Positions 36,578 to 46,327 of a DNA stretch of 64,000 bases are shown here, piece by piece (position 1 is the first letter of the stretch; each line of letters begins with the position of its first letter). The notes under the pieces are model-generated. The model was not told the origin of the DNA and made no database searches. It worked only from the letters and a program-made list of their open reading frames with translations. The translations under genes were made by a program, and so were the position numbers. This stretch comes from Pseudomonadota bacterium (lineage in GTDB: Bacteria; Pseudomonadota; Alphaproteobacteria; UBA2136; JASBTF01), in NCBI GenBank assembly GCA_030148545.1, contig JASBTF010000001.1:262833-326832 (forward strand), in the 5' to 3' direction.

Positions 36578-38572
36578 TTGAAGAAGAGAAAGAACACCAT
36601 GTTACGCATTTTTGGTTGGGTTTTTGGAATTATTGCACTGTTGTTGGTGCTGGCAATTGCTGCTGGCGCGGGGATGATTTATTACGTGCATAATGCCGAC
36701 CAACGCCAGCTGGTAAGTGACTTTGTAAAAGACAAAAGCGGGCTAGATATTAGCTTTGGCGAGAAGCTGGAAATTCGCCTGTGGCCAGAGCTGAGCGTGC
36801 AAGCGACCGACATTGTAATTGCGGATTATTTAAACGATGAAACGCCACTGCTTACAGTTAAAAGTGTAAGTGTGTTGGGTAACTTGCGTGGTTTATTGCA
36901 GCAGGGCCCGTTGTTGAAAAGTGTGGTTGTAGAGGCACCAAAAGTTGATTTGCTGGTGCAGCAAGATGGTCGTGCTAACTGGCAGCCACCACGTAAAGGT
37001 CGCTCCAGCGGTGGGCAGGCCGATGTGGCTGGCTTGCTAGCACTGGTACCACAGCTGCGTGTGAGCGATGCCGCATTGCGCATGGAGGACCGCACAACAG
37101 GGCAGTTGCAGGAACTTACTGAATTTCAGGTTAATTTGGCGCAGCAAGGCGCAGGTGCCGCACAGCTTACCATTAATGGCTTGGTGGATCGTTTACCACT
37201 GAGTTTAACAGCTGACTTTAACTTGGCAGAAGCACGCCGCATGCCGCTGAGTGTGCAGCTTATTGCGCCAAGTGTGCGTGCCAGTGCCAAAGGTGTGGTG
37301 CGTGGGTTGCCAAACTCACCACAGTTTAGCGGAAGTTTAACCGCAGAAAGTGCTGATATTCTGCCATTGCTGAAGCGCTTCCAACCGCATTTGCCGCTAC
37401 AAGCTGGTGCGTTGCCATTTAATTTCCAGGCAGATATTGAGCAAAAAGCAAAGAGCTTGATGGTGAATAGCTTTGCACTGAATAGCAGCAGCTTTGGTGA
37501 TTTGCGCGGTAAGCTAAACCTGACGACAGGTGCTTTGCCATACAAGCTAGATGGTGCATTACAAAGCGCACGCCTAGATTTGGAAAAAATGGGTGTTTGT
37601 GGTGCATCAGGCAGTGGGGCTAAAGGCGGTTCTGGCCGTGGTGGGGCTGGTGGTAAATCTAAGCCAAAAACACCATGGAGCGAGGCGCCATTGGACTTTA
37701 GCTTTGTGCAGCTGATTCAAGGTGATATGGGTTTTGAACTAAGCGATGTGCGGTGTGGTGCGTTGCCATTTAAGGCAATGAAAGGCCAGCTGGTGCTGGA
37801 TGACCAGCGTGTAGAGCTAAAAGGTGTTGAGCTGACAAGCCGCGCTGGTGGTGCGCTGGATATTAGCGCTAAAATTGGGCTGACTGGTAACCGCAATGGT
37901 GGCGCAACTATTACAGCTAAAGATTTTGATGTGATGGGCGTGATGGGTGAGGCAGGTAAACGTGCCAGTGTACCGCTGCAAGGTACTGTAGATATGTCCT
38001 TTAATGGGCCAAGTACTGCTGCTTGGGCGCGTAGCTTAGATGGTAAAATTGACCTTTCAGCCAATGGTGGGCGCTTGCCACAAACGTCGGTTTTGGGTCT
38101 GCTGGAATGGTTCTCTAGCAAAAAAGCTGTTGCGGGTGGTGATATGGCTATTCGTAGTATGGTTGTGCAATACGCTATTGAAAATGGCGTGGCGCGTAGT
38201 GAAGCGCTCAGCTTGGATACGCCAAACTTTATGCTAACTGGTGACGGTAAAGTTGATGTTGCTAACTGGACTATTAACCATACCTTTACACCCGATTTGG
38301 CGGGTGGTGCGGTGCGTGTACCGGTTGCGGTACGTGGCTCGCTTAACAAGCCTTCGGTTGTGCCGCAGGCTGTGAACAGTACTAATGTGGGTGCAGGTGT
38401 TGGTGCTTTGGTAGGTGGCCCGGTTGGTGCTGGTTTAGGGGCGTTACTTGGCCAACAATTACAGGGTGGCGAGCAGGCTTCCCCCACACAGTTGAACATT
38501 GATACCAAGCAGCTAGAGCAAGAGTTGGAGAATAGCGTGAAGAGTATTTTCCAAGGGCTTGGGCTTCAGTAA
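36578..38572 (+). CDS. AsmA-family outer-membrane biogenesis protein
   Basis: N-terminal anchor LRIFGWVFGIIALLLVLAIAAGAG, long beta-rich body, Gly-rich C-terminus; ATG at 36599 is an alternative start. Confidence 0.75.
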   Translation: MKKRKNTMLRIFGWVFGIIALLLVLAIAAGAGMIYYVHNADQRQLVSDFVKDKSGLDISFGEKLEIRLWPELSVQATDIVIADYLNDETPLLTVKSVSVLGNLRGLLQQGPLLKSVVVEAPKVDLLVQQDGRANWQPPRKGRSSGGQADVAGLLALVPQLRVSDAALRMEDRTTGQLQELTEFQVNLAQQGAGAAQLTINGLVDRLPLSLTADFNLAEARRMPLSVQLIAPSVRASAKGVVRGLPNSPQFSGSLTAESADILPLLKRFQPHLPLQAGALPFNFQADIEQKAKSLMVNSFALNSSSFGDLRGKLNLTTGALPYKLDGALQSARLDLEKMGVCGASGSGAKGGSGRGGAGGKSKPKTPWSEAPLDFSFVQLIQGDMGFELSDVRCGALPFKAMKGQLVLDDQRVELKGVELTSRAGGALDISAKIGLTGNRNGGATITAKDFDVMGVMGEAGKRASVPLQGTVDMSFNGPSTAAWARSLDGKIDLSANGGRLPQTSVLGLLEWFSSKKAVAGGDMAIRSMVVQYAIENGVARSEALSLDTPNFMLTGDGKVDVANWTINHTFTPDLAGGAVRVPVAVRGSLNKPSVVPQAVNSTNVGAGVGALVGGPVGAGLGALLGQQLQGGEQASPTQLNIDTKQLEQELENSVKSIFQGLGLQ

Positions 38573-38784
38573 ATACTTTAATGTCAATTTTTATTACATT
38601 GATATTTAATGACATTTAAATAAAGTTCTTGCGCGTGTCACTTGCTATACCGCAAGATAGCTAGTGTTGAGGGCGGTGTAGCTGTACCCATTCTCAAGAA
38701 ATTTATAGTCATTTAAGCCACCGTCTGTTTGGGCGGTTTTTTTATAGCGACTTACAAACATAACAACCATGAATAAGAAAGGAG

Positions 38785-39240
38785 ATGCTGATGAGCAAGA
38801 AGCCACAGCTGGGTTATACTATGGCCGGTGCACGTATGCATGCAGCGTTGCGTGCGCAAGTGATTGAGGTAATGACGGATCCACAAAATGATGGGTTATC
38901 GCAAAAGGAATTATCGGAAAAAGTGGGGGTAAGTACGCGCACATTTTATAACTATTTAACGCCAGAGGTGTGGGAGGAAATTCGTAAACGCCGCATGGAT
39001 ATTGTGTGCCAGGCATTGAAAGAGGTGGACCAAGCTATTTTAGATAAAGCTAAACAGGGCGATGTGAGTGCGGCAAAGTTGGTATATAGCCGTTGGCAAG
39101 AGCAGCAAGAGCGCCAGCAATTGGTGCAGGAGAAAATGCAGCGTGAACAGGAACTACCACAAAGCTTGGCCGATGTAGAAGCCGAGCTTGAGCATGTTTA
39201 TAGTGCCTTGGAGCAGTACGATGAACCAGCTGACGCTTAA
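38785..39240 (+). CDS. Phage terminase small subunit-like HTH protein
   Basis: LSQKELSEKVGVSTRTFYNYL HTH, then a coiled-coil tail; immediately upstream of and overlapping TerL. Confidence 0.6.
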   Translation: MLMSKKPQLGYTMAGARMHAALRAQVIEVMTDPQNDGLSQKELSEKVGVSTRTFYNYLTPEVWEEIRKRRMDIVCQALKEVDQAILDKAKQGDVSAAKLVYSRWQEQQERQQLVQEKMQREQELPQSLADVEAELEHVYSALEQYDEPADA

Positions 39241-40603
39241 ACAGCGCGAACTGGCGTTGCTTAAGCATAAACAGCAATTATTGCAGGCAAAAATACCGCC
39301 AACATATCAGCCGCATGAGCGCCAATTGGATTTTCATTCACAGGGGCAGCAGGCGCGTGAGCGCCTTTTTTTGGCAGGTAACCGCGTGGGGAAGACCTAT
39401 TGCGGGGCGATGGAAATGGCGTATCACCTTACTGGGCAATACCCAAGCTGGTGGGCCGGTAAACGCTTTGATGCACCGGTACAAGCGTGGGCTGCCAGTG
39501 TGACGACCGAGGCAACGCGGGATATTTTGCAACTAGCTTATGTGGGAGATGCAGCCCGTGGACTGTTGGGAACAATTCCGGCCGGGTGTTTAGGCAAGCG
39601 TACCATGCGCCGTGGGGTGAGTGGCGCAATTGATACGTTGCAAGTGCGCCATGTGAGCGGTGGTTGGTCATCGTTGGGGTTTAAGTCGTTCGATCAAGGT
39701 CGGCCGAAGTTTCAAGGAACAGCACGGCATGTGGTGCACCTAGATGAAGAGCCAGATATTGGCATTTATGAGGAATGTGTGTTGCGTACGGCAACGGTTG
39801 ATGGCCATATTATGTTAACAATGACGCCGCTTATGGGGTTAACGCCGTTAGTGGAAAGCTTTACTGAAGCCAAAAACGCTAGTGGCAAAGCAGTTGTACG
39901 TGCAGGGTGGGATGATGCGCCACATTTGGCGCAGGCAGAGTGCAACCGGCTACGTGTCAGTTTGCGTCCGCACGAAATTGCGGCACGAGAGCAAGGGGTG
40001 CCTGCGTTGGGGTCTGGCCGGGTTTACCCAGTTGTGGAAGCGCAGGTGAGTTGCCTACGGTTTGAGATTCCTGCCGAGTGGCCGCGGGTATTTGGGTTGG
40101 ACTTTGGCTGGACTAACCCCACGGCTGCAGTATGGCTGGCGTGGGATAAGGCGCAGGATGTGGTTTACATTACGGATTGTTACCAAGCGAGCGAGCGTAC
40201 GCCAGCCGAGCATGCGGCGCTATTGCAGCAGCGTGGTAGCTGGATACCCGGGGTGTGCGACCCTGCAGGGCAAAGCGTTGGCCAAACTGATGGCCGTAGT
40301 CTGCTGGAGCTTTATGCGCAGGCAGGTTTGGTGCTTACGGTGGCTGAGAACGCTGTGGAAGCAGGTGTGATGACGGTGCTGGAGCGTTTACAGCAAGGCA
40401 AGCTTAAAGTGTTTGCTGAGCTGGACGATTGGTGGCGCGAGTTTCGGGTTTATCGGCGTAATGGTAAGGGCCGTATTGTGAAGCAGCATGACCACCTGAT
40501 GGATGCTACGCGTTATGCATTGGTGAGTGGCTTGCCATTGGCGACAACGCAGCCCGCAACAACTCGCCGCCCACGCCCACAAACCGATGGCTGGACGGTG
40601 TAA
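39221..40603 (+). CDS. Phage terminase large subunit
   Basis: Walker A LAGNRVGKTY, Walker B VVHLDEEP, C-terminal nuclease-like DHLMDATRYAL. Confidence 0.88.
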   Translation: MNQLTLKQRELALLKHKQQLLQAKIPPTYQPHERQLDFHSQGQQARERLFLAGNRVGKTYCGAMEMAYHLTGQYPSWWAGKRFDAPVQAWAASVTTEATRDILQLAYVGDAARGLLGTIPAGCLGKRTMRRGVSGAIDTLQVRHVSGGWSSLGFKSFDQGRPKFQGTARHVVHLDEEPDIGIYEECVLRTATVDGHIMLTMTPLMGLTPLVESFTEAKNASGKAVVRAGWDDAPHLAQAECNRLRVSLRPHEIAAREQGVPALGSGRVYPVVEAQVSCLRFEIPAEWPRVFGLDFGWTNPTAAVWLAWDKAQDVVYITDCYQASERTPAEHAALLQQRGSWIPGVCDPAGQSVGQTDGRSLLELYAQAGLVLTVAENAVEAGVMTVLERLQQGKLKVFAELDDWWREFRVYRRNGKGRIVKQHDHLMDATRYALVSGLPLATTQPATTRRPRPQTDGWTV

Positions 40604-40654
40604 ACGCAAACAGCCCCACATGATGCGGGGCTGATACGTTGTGGAAGGGTAAGG

Positions 40655-40978
40655 TTACACCTGCGGATACCTGTACAGAGTGTAGCCTTGCTCGCCGAGA
40701 AAGCCGAGCAGGTTCATGGCTTGCAGCTGTTCAGCATCGTTCTCGCTGCTGAGATTGCGCAATAGCATATTGCCGCCAATACGAGCAGCTTCAGGCAGGT
40801 GCTGCTTCAGCAGTTTGCTCAGAGCTATTTTATTGATGGAGTCGGTGCCAACTTTCAGTTGATTGGCGTGATACAGTAGGTCGATCACACCAATTGCCAG
40901 CGGTGGCTCGCTCATATTGCTGCCCGCCATGTGAATGTTGGCAGCCAGATCGGCAAAACTAGAAGATTTCAAATCCAT
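40655..40978 (-). CDS. Hypothetical protein (opposite-strand moron between terL and portal)
   Basis: 107 aa from the MDLKSS start with a perfect AAGGAG RBS; no domain recognised. Confidence 0.45.
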   Translation of the reverse strand: MDLKSSSFADLAANIHMAGSNMSEPPLAIGVIDLLYHANQLKVGTDSINKIALSKLLKQHLPEAARIGGNMLLRNLSSENDAEQLQAMNLLGFLGEQGYTLYRYPQV

Positions 40979-41164
40979 ATCAGTCTCCTTTAGGACTGGG
41001 GAAACGCTTAAGATGCCCCGTTGGGGCGCTTTGGGCGTTCCCGTTGGGGTGGGTGATGGCATTTATATGGGGCGTGGTGGGGTGGATGGCAATGGATAGA
41101 GCAAAAGAATTTACGCGGTTTTTATGACCGTTTGTAAATAGTTAAACAAAACAAAGGAGTACAT

Positions 41165-42139
41165 ATGGAACAACAACGGGAACAAAGCCCGCTTAAAAAG
41201 GTGCGTGCTTTTTATGAAGCGGCAGTGCAGCATTCGGTTTACCAAAACTGGCGCACACAAGCGCAAACAGCGTGGCAGTTTTATGATGGTGAACAATGGA
41301 CCGCGGAAGAGCAGGATAAATTGCAACAGAATGGTCAGCCGCCAATTGTGATCAACAAAATTGCCCCTAAGGTGGACAACATTGCTGGCAGCGAAGTTGC
41401 TGGACGCACGCGGATTATTTACCGCTCGCGTAGTGGTGATGCGCAGGAGGAAGAAACAGCGCGTAACCTGAGCGACTTGGCGTTGTTTGTGGCAGAACGT
41501 AACGACCAAGCAGTGGAGCTGAGCCAAGTGTTCCGTGCGGGTATGGTAACAGGCTTAGGCTGGTTGGATGTGGGTGTGCAGCAGGCTGATGAAGGCGTAC
41601 AGGTGTTTAACCGCGCTGAAAATGAGCTGGATGTGGTGTTTGACCCGCACAGCCGCCTTGCTGACCTGAGTGATGCCCGCTTTGTGGCGCGTGAGCGCTG
41701 GCTGGATGAAGAGCAGCTGAAAATGCTGTTCCCTAAAACAGCGGAGCAGGCAACCAAGCAGCTGGCGCAAGGTGGTTTGCAGGGGAGCCGTTTTGGCCAA
41801 CCTGTCGAACAAGTGCAGTATGTGGATGCTGAGCACGCGCTGCTGAAGATGGTGGAAGTTCAGTATAAGCAAACTGAGAAGCGCTATCGTGTTAAGCCGC
41901 TCAATGGGCAAGAACTGCTGACGTTTGACAAAAAACTGGCCTATGCCGATACACAGGCAGAGGTGAGCAGTGAGTTCGCGCCACGGGTTTATGTGGCTTA
42001 CTTTGCTGGCGATGCGCTGCTGAGCCACCAGCCGCTACCGTATGACCACCAGCGTTTTACACTTGCCAGCAATAGCCGCGGGGCAACAAAGCAGGCGCGT
42101 ACAGCACGCTTTAGTCTCGAGGATATTTTCAACAAATAA
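41165..42139 (+). pseudogene. P22-like phage portal protein, N-terminal ~300 aa only
   Basis: ...FYDGEQWTAEEQDKLQQNGQPPIVINKIAPKVDNIAG...GLGWLDV... matches portal N-terminal architecture; homology stops near PLPYDHQRF, followed by an unrelated 25-aa tail; the capsid gene starts 18 nt later and no scaffold gene is present. Confidence 0.6.
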
Positions 42140-42156
42140 AACAAAGGATAATAACA

Positions 42157-43188
42157 ATGGCAGCAACAATTTTGAACACACATGGTGTTTCTGCAGAACA
42201 GTGGTCGGAAGAGGTTTTCTCCGAATATTTGGGCAGTAGCCCATTTTTTACCTTTATGGGTAATTCATCCAACAACGTGGTGCAGGTGAAAGAAGAGCTC
42301 ACTAAGGCACCAGGTGATGCGATTACAATCCAGCTGCGCTCTAAGTTGAGCGGTTCTGGTGTAACGGGTGATACTCAGCTTAAAGGTAGCGAAGAAGACC
42401 TAGTTTTTTACGACCAAAAACTGACTGTGGATACCCTGCGTCATGCCGTGATTCTGCGTGGTGAGATGAGCGAAAAGCGTGTGGCTTTTAACTTGCGTAA
42501 CCAAGCGCGTGAGGCACTGGTGGACTGGGCTTCGGACAAGATGAAGAACGATATCATCACTGCGCTGACCGATACATCGGTTGGTCGTGTGCAAGCACGT
42601 TACCTATACGGTGCGGCAGACAGCAACTGGAACAGCACGCACAGCACAGCATTGGCTACTGTGGATGCTACTGATGACAAGCTAACCACTGAGATGATCA
42701 GTAAAGCTAAGCGCAAAGCGTTGATGGAAGGCGGCCGCAAGGTACGTCCATTCACCTTTAAAAACGGTAACCGTAACGAAGAGATCTTCGTGCTGTTTGC
42801 TCACCCATATGCGGTGCGTGACCTGCTGAACGACCAAGCGTTTAAGGATGTAAACACACACTTGCCAGCAACCATTGGTGAGAGCGCTTTGGTACACGGC
42901 CAGCGTTACAAAGGTATATGGGATGGCGTGATGATCTTTGAAGTGGATGACATGCCTGTATCAGCCGGTGCTGGTGCTGCAAGCATTGATGTAGCGCACA
43001 ACGTGCTATGTGGCGCGCAAGCGGTAGCAATTGCTTGGGGCAAGCGCACCAACTACAAGGAAGACAGCGACGACTACGGCCATGAGAATGGTTTTGCCAT
43101 CGATGAAATCCGCGGTATTGAGAAACTTGTTTTCAATAATATCGATCATGGTGTGGTTAACATCTTTACCGCAGCGGTAGCAGATTAA
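42157..43188 (+). CDS. Phage major capsid protein (N4-gp56 / DUF4043-like)
   Basis: 343 aa; W.EEVF.EY...SPF..FMG......V.VKEEL.K.PGD.IT.QL...L.G.GVTGD..L.G.EE.L pattern as I recall for this family; position after the portal. Confidence 0.75.
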   Translation: MAATILNTHGVSAEQWSEEVFSEYLGSSPFFTFMGNSSNNVVQVKEELTKAPGDAITIQLRSKLSGSGVTGDTQLKGSEEDLVFYDQKLTVDTLRHAVILRGEMSEKRVAFNLRNQAREALVDWASDKMKNDIITALTDTSVGRVQARYLYGAADSNWNSTHSTALATVDATDDKLTTEMISKAKRKALMEGGRKVRPFTFKNGNRNEEIFVLFAHPYAVRDLLNDQAFKDVNTHLPATIGESALVHGQRYKGIWDGVMIFEVDDMPVSAGAGAASIDVAHNVLCGAQAVAIAWGKRTNYKEDSDDYGHENGFAIDEIRGIEKLVFNNIDHGVVNIFTAAVAD

Positions 43189-43194
43189 ATTCTA

Positions 43195-43304
43195 CTAAGC
43201 AGTACTGCAAATGCGTTTAGCCTGCGCTTCCGTTACTCGAGTAGGGTTGCCTAACTACACTCCGTGACGGTTCTCGGCAAAACGCATTTTCGCTAGCTGC
43301 TTAG
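43195..43304 (+). promoter_or_regulatory. Long imperfect RNA duplex (RNase III-type processing or stability element candidate)
   Basis: ctaagcag(43195-43202)/ctgcttag(43297-43304) and aaatgcgttt(43209-43218)/aaacgcattt(43280-43289), with partial pairing between them. Confidence 0.4.
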
Positions 43305-43329
43305 CGAATTTATTTAACATAACATCAGT

Positions 43330-43363
43330 ATAGAGAGGTCTAATTTAGGCCTCTCTATTTTTA
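43330..43363 (+). terminator. Intrinsic terminator after the capsid gene
   Basis: atagagagg...cctctctat stem followed by ttttt. Confidence 0.75.
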
Positions 43364-43388
43364 TAATAACAAAATAGGAGGGCGAATC

Positions 43389-44030
43389 ATGGATGTGAAT
43401 GCTTTACGTGATCGTATTTTAGAACTCAGCCATGATGAAGCAACGCCAGATACTGGCTTGCAAGGTAAAGCCTTACGTTGGCTAAACAGTGCCTACCATG
43501 AAGCATTGGATGAGTTGCAGCCATACCTGAGCCGGCAGTTGCAAACCAGTGCGACAGTAACGACCGATGCACAAGGTTTGGCAACGCTGCCAACAGGTGT
43601 GCAGCGCTTGGTACGTGTGGTGGATGCTACAAATAACCGCATGCTGCAAGAAAGTGATGAAGCAAATGTGCGCGATGACGACCCAACGCTGGAAGCCACT
43701 GGTGCGCCACAGGTGTGCTGGGTAAGTGGTGACCAGTTAACGGTGTACCCGGCGACAAGTGTGGAGCTTACGGTGATTTACTTGCCAGTTGTGGCTGATT
43801 TATTGGCCGACGGTACTGAGGCGAGTATTAAGCTACCTGTGGCCTACCACAACGGTTTGGTATGGGGTGCTTTGGTGTGGGGCAGTGTTTATGAACGCGG
43901 CTTTTTTAACCAAGGTGAGTTGGTGTTGTTCCAGAACAAGTGGGACGATGCAAAGCGCAGTATGCGCCTCTCTCTTGCAGCTCGGCCTAGCGAAGTACGC
44001 CGTGTGCAGCCGTACCAACTAGTGGAGTAA
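43389..44030 (+). CDS. Phage virion protein (head-tail adaptor or tail tubular A-like by position)
   Basis: 213 aa, AGGAGG RBS, position after the capsid; no motif-level identification. Confidence 0.45.
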   Translation: MDVNALRDRILELSHDEATPDTGLQGKALRWLNSAYHEALDELQPYLSRQLQTSATVTTDAQGLATLPTGVQRLVRVVDATNNRMLQESDEANVRDDDPTLEATGAPQVCWVSGDQLTVYPATSVELTVIYLPVVADLLADGTEASIKLPVAYHNGLVWGALVWGSVYERGFFNQGELVLFQNKWDDAKRSMRLSLAARPSEVRRVQPYQLVE

Positions 44031-44036
44031 GGAACA

Positions 44037-45779
44037 ATGGCAACATTACAGAGTATGACCATTGCGTTTCCGCCGCGGTTGATGAGTACGTCTCGGACGC
44101 CGGCAACCATGAGCCCAGATTTTGCGCGTGAAATACGCAATATGTACACCGCGCAAGATGGGGCAGGGCTAAAGCGTAATGGCTTGAGCAAAGTTGGTAA
44201 TGCCATTGGTAGTGGCAGCATTGTACAGCTGTTAGATTATGTACCAGTGGGTGCTGCTATGCAGCTGTTGGCCATAACTGACGATGGTAAAATTCACCGT
44301 CATGACGACCCAAGCTGGACCCAAATTTACAGCGGGTTAGATACTGATGCACATGTACGTAGTACCCACTTTGCGGCGCGCTTGGTGCTGTGCAATGGCG
44401 TGGACCCGTTACTAAGTTGGGATGGTACCACCATGCGTGTGGTGGAAGAGTATGTGACTGATGCTGGCGCAAACTTGACCTACATTAGTGGGACACAGTT
44501 TAGCATTGATAGCGATGCGGCGCTTTATAGCGTTGGCACACAAGTACGTGCTGATTTGGGAGGCGGTACGCTAGTAACATCGACCGTGAGTGCGGTGAGT
44601 GGCAGCGGTACCATTACTGTGACGCTTGCCGATAGTGTGCTGACCGGTGGTTTAACAACGGTAGAATATATGGCGCAGCCGCCGCGTTTTAATGCGGTAT
44701 ATGCGGCACACGACCGTTTGTGGGGCTTTGGTACTGGGGCGATTAGCGCCAACTTAAGTACCGATGTGGATCGCTTGCGGGTGTATTACACCCATGGTGT
44801 GAACGATGAAACGGCATGGCGCAATGATGATGGATTACTGCAATCACTCAACTTGAGCGATAAGCTCCCAGCGCAAGATGAACTGGTAGCGATGGCGGTT
44901 AAGGACGGGTTGACGGTGTTTTTTGGGCGCTTTCATACCCAAATTTGGCAAGGCAGTAACCCGACATTAACGGGTGATTTTACCTGGACCAAAACCATTC
45001 CGCTAGGTGCTGTGCATGGTGATTTGGTGGTAACAATGCCTAATGATGTAGGCTTTTTTACCCGCTTTGGGGCGCGCACATTGAGCCGTACTTTGCAAAC
45101 CGAACAGCTAGATGTAGGTGACTTGGGGAGCGAGGTTGATCCAACCATTAGTACTGCGGTGCAAACATTGCTCAGCAGTGATGACAGCTACCGCAAGGCA
45201 CGTGCATTTCAGTACGATAAGCAGGGTTGGTTTGGGTTTAAACCAGCTGGTGAATCGTTAGTGTTTCAAGCTAATGGTAATACCGTGGGTTGGGCTGTGT
45301 TTGATGGCTTGTTTGCCGATGCATCAGCATTTACTACAGCACCAAATGGTACGTTATATATTGCTGTGGGCGACCAGCTTTATCAGTACGATGAAAGCAG
45401 CTATGCCGACGACGGCGAAAGCATTACCACACGTTGGTGGATGCCGTGGCTGCGTTTTGGCAAAACGTTTAAGCGTTGGGCTAACCGACAAGTGCAGATA
45501 TTGGCAGACCAAGGTGCGCCAGTGGCTGTGGTGCTTAAGCGGTTTAAAAACTACAACAGCAGCACGGCTATTGCTAACAGTGCCACGTTGACTCAAGCAT
45601 CGGACTATTGGGACGGTAGTGACTGGGATAGTGGTTTGTTTGATAACGCCTACCCAGAGCCACCTATGGTGCAGGATAAGTTTGTGGCTGATGTGTTTAG
45701 CTATGCGCTAGAGACCACATCTACTGAAGGGCCGGTACAGTTGTTCGGCCTACGGCTGGATGGTGTTGGAGAGCGCTAA
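44037..45779 (+). CDS. Phage virion protein (tail tube or nozzle-like by position and size)
   Basis: 580-aa ORF tightly following the previous structural gene. Confidence 0.45.
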   Translation: MATLQSMTIAFPPRLMSTSRTPATMSPDFAREIRNMYTAQDGAGLKRNGLSKVGNAIGSGSIVQLLDYVPVGAAMQLLAITDDGKIHRHDDPSWTQIYSGLDTDAHVRSTHFAARLVLCNGVDPLLSWDGTTMRVVEEYVTDAGANLTYISGTQFSIDSDAALYSVGTQVRADLGGGTLVTSTVSAVSGSGTITVTLADSVLTGGLTTVEYMAQPPRFNAVYAAHDRLWGFGTGAISANLSTDVDRLRVYYTHGVNDETAWRNDDGLLQSLNLSDKLPAQDELVAMAVKDGLTVFFGRFHTQIWQGSNPTLTGDFTWTKTIPLGAVHGDLVVTMPNDVGFFTRFGARTLSRTLQTEQLDVGDLGSEVDPTISTAVQTLLSSDDSYRKARAFQYDKQGWFGFKPAGESLVFQANGNTVGWAVFDGLFADASAFTTAPNGTLYIAVGDQLYQYDESSYADDGESITTRWWMPWLRFGKTFKRWANRQVQILADQGAPVAVVLKRFKNYNSSTAIANSATLTQASDYWDGSDWDSGLFDNAYPEPPMVQDKFVADVFSYALETTSTEGPVQLFGLRLDGVGER

Positions 45780-45820
45780 TATTAGATTTACGCAAACTTG
45801 AGAAATGTGACTGGCCGAGT

Positions 45821-46327
45821 GTGCACCGGTTACTGGTGCAGGTGGATTTTCCTGATGTGCCGGCACATTACCCGGCTGCAGCAAAGCAATTTGCTGAGGC
45901 AATTTTGCTGGGGCAGTACCGTCGTGGTCGGCTGATGGCCGTGTTTGCCATTGGTGGGTTGCGCGAGGAGTCGGCCTTTTTAGATGTGGCTTGTCGTGCT
46001 GAATGGCGCGGTAAGTGGGCAACTAAGGAGACATTACAGTGCCTAACAGAGCTGCTGTTTGACGTGCTGAAGCTCAGGTTTGTGTGGGTTCAAACCAAGA
46101 ACAGTATTGCATTACGTGCCGCCCTTAAGGGCGGTTTTCGTTTTGCAACGCCAGCCGATAGCCAGCATCCAGTATTGCTGCTCACGGCTGAGGTCGCACG
46201 GCAGCGTTTTGCTAATCAAAAAATAAAAATTAATACAATAAAGGAGCAAGATCATGGGATCTTTATTTCAACCAAGACAATCGGCACCACCGCCGCCACC
46301 ACCACCGCCACCGGCGACCATTCGTGA
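45821..46327 (+). CDS. GNAT-like acetyltransferase fragment, start uncertain
   Basis: ...FVWVQTKNSIALRAALKGGFRF resembles a GNAT C-terminal half; the frame stays open upstream to an ATA overlapping the previous stop (TAATA). Confidence 0.35.
   Translation: MHRLLVQVDFPDVPAHYPAAAKQFAEAILLGQYRRGRLMAVFAIGGLREESAFLDVACRAEWRGKWATKETLQCLTELLFDVLKLRFVWVQTKNSIALRAALKGGFRFATPADSQHPVLLLTAEVARQRFANQKIKINTIKEQDHGIFISTKTIGTTAATTTATGDHS

Noticed and set aside
37717-38508. 263-aa minus-strand ORF inside the AsmA-like gene, plus similar ones at 3062-3673 (lpdA) and 32706-33443 (htrA)
   Set aside because: All are shadow ORFs antisense to genes with clear family motifs.
38577-38619. AT-rich direct near-repeats tttaatgtca / tttaatgaca at the left prophage junction, considered as a possible attL
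   Set aside because: No counterpart was found at the right end near 52.6 kb, and the low-complexity AT-rich sequence makes a 10-nt similarity uninformative.
43195-43304. Possible tRNA or tmRNA-like gene after the capsid gene
   Set aside because: No cloverleaf could be drawn and there is no GTTCRANYC T-loop or acceptor/CCA arrangement. It is kept only as a long-duplex RNA element.
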